Source of the DNA: the human T2T-CHM13v2.0 reference genome, Homo sapiens
NCBI RefSeq assembly: GCF_009914755.1
Contig: NC_060941.1
Direction: 5' to 3' (one strand)
DNA length: 64,000 nt
Shown piece by piece: positions 62,583 to 64,000 of this stretch. The notes under the pieces are model-generated. The model was given only the letters and a program-made list of their open reading frames with translations, was not told the DNA's origin and did no database searches. The first letter of the stretch is position 1; the number at the start of each line of letters is the position of its first letter. A program made the position numbers and the translations under genes.

Positions 62583-63054
62583 TTCAATGCTCTTCACCAC
62601 CTCAGGAGGAAGGCGCAGGGGGAGGTCACAGAGCTGGGACACGTGGAGTGGGCCTACACCCAGTCCCACCCTGGGGTCTGGGATAGCTGCCCCACACTGC
62701 CCTGGGACGCCCTGAAGAAGGGATAATAGAGAACAGACACCAACATGTGAGACCTGGAACCTCAGCCTTCTGACAATTTTTTCTATACTATCAGGCAAAA
62801 AACTTCCCTCTTCTAGGAGCCCACAGCCTCCCGGAGGGCTCTCCAGGCCTCACACAAAAACTCATTTTATCACAGTCCTGAAGGAGGTACACAATTCCTG
62901 AAAGTAACAGACTAAACTGTACTTGGACTATAGGACACCCTCTTCCAGGAGCCATGCCTTACAACCAGCAACTGCGAGGCGCCATTTGGCTGTCTGCACC
63001 CTGTGCTGGCCTCTGAAGGGCAATGGTGGAAGCCAACAGTTGGAGGAAGTCTAG

Positions 63055-63893
<839 letters not shown>

Positions 63894-64000
63894 TCCTGAA
63901 ACAAAATATACTCTGACTACTTAGGAATATTTGTCTTTAATTAAAAAAAGTTTTTAAGTTTACTGCTGATATGGGGGTGTAATGAAGAAAAAAATAGAAA

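Overview
Human (or near-identical great-ape) genomic DNA at the SPHK1/UBE2O locus, which I recall as 17q25.1. Bases 1-26.4 kb are intergenic or upstream sequence dominated by Alus, LTRs (MER51A-, MER34-, MER21-, LTR22- and MLT1-like), L1, MER20 and MER5 fragments. A large CpG island (~27.5-31.1 kb) holds the promoter and 5' exons of SPHK1 (+ strand). Its CDS can be spliced by hand to 384, 398 or 470 aa. UBE2O lies tail-to-tail on the - strand: 17 coding exons (35516-50147, 3462 nt including stop, 1153 aa) splice in frame. Its first exon is outside the window, so 50148-64000 is intron 1. I see no convincing new gene or multi-gene system. The most unusual structure not explained by these features is a gap-free 159-bp non-Alu inverted repeat in UBE2O intron 1 with a perfect 61-bp inner core around a 929-bp spacer. 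Other items of note are a GC-AG intron preceding the catalytic exon, a NAGNAG acceptor, CTCF-like motifs and several nested transposon insertions. Repeat family names and reference residues come from memory and are not database-checked. Repeat boundaries are approximate unless target-site duplications (TSDs) are cited.
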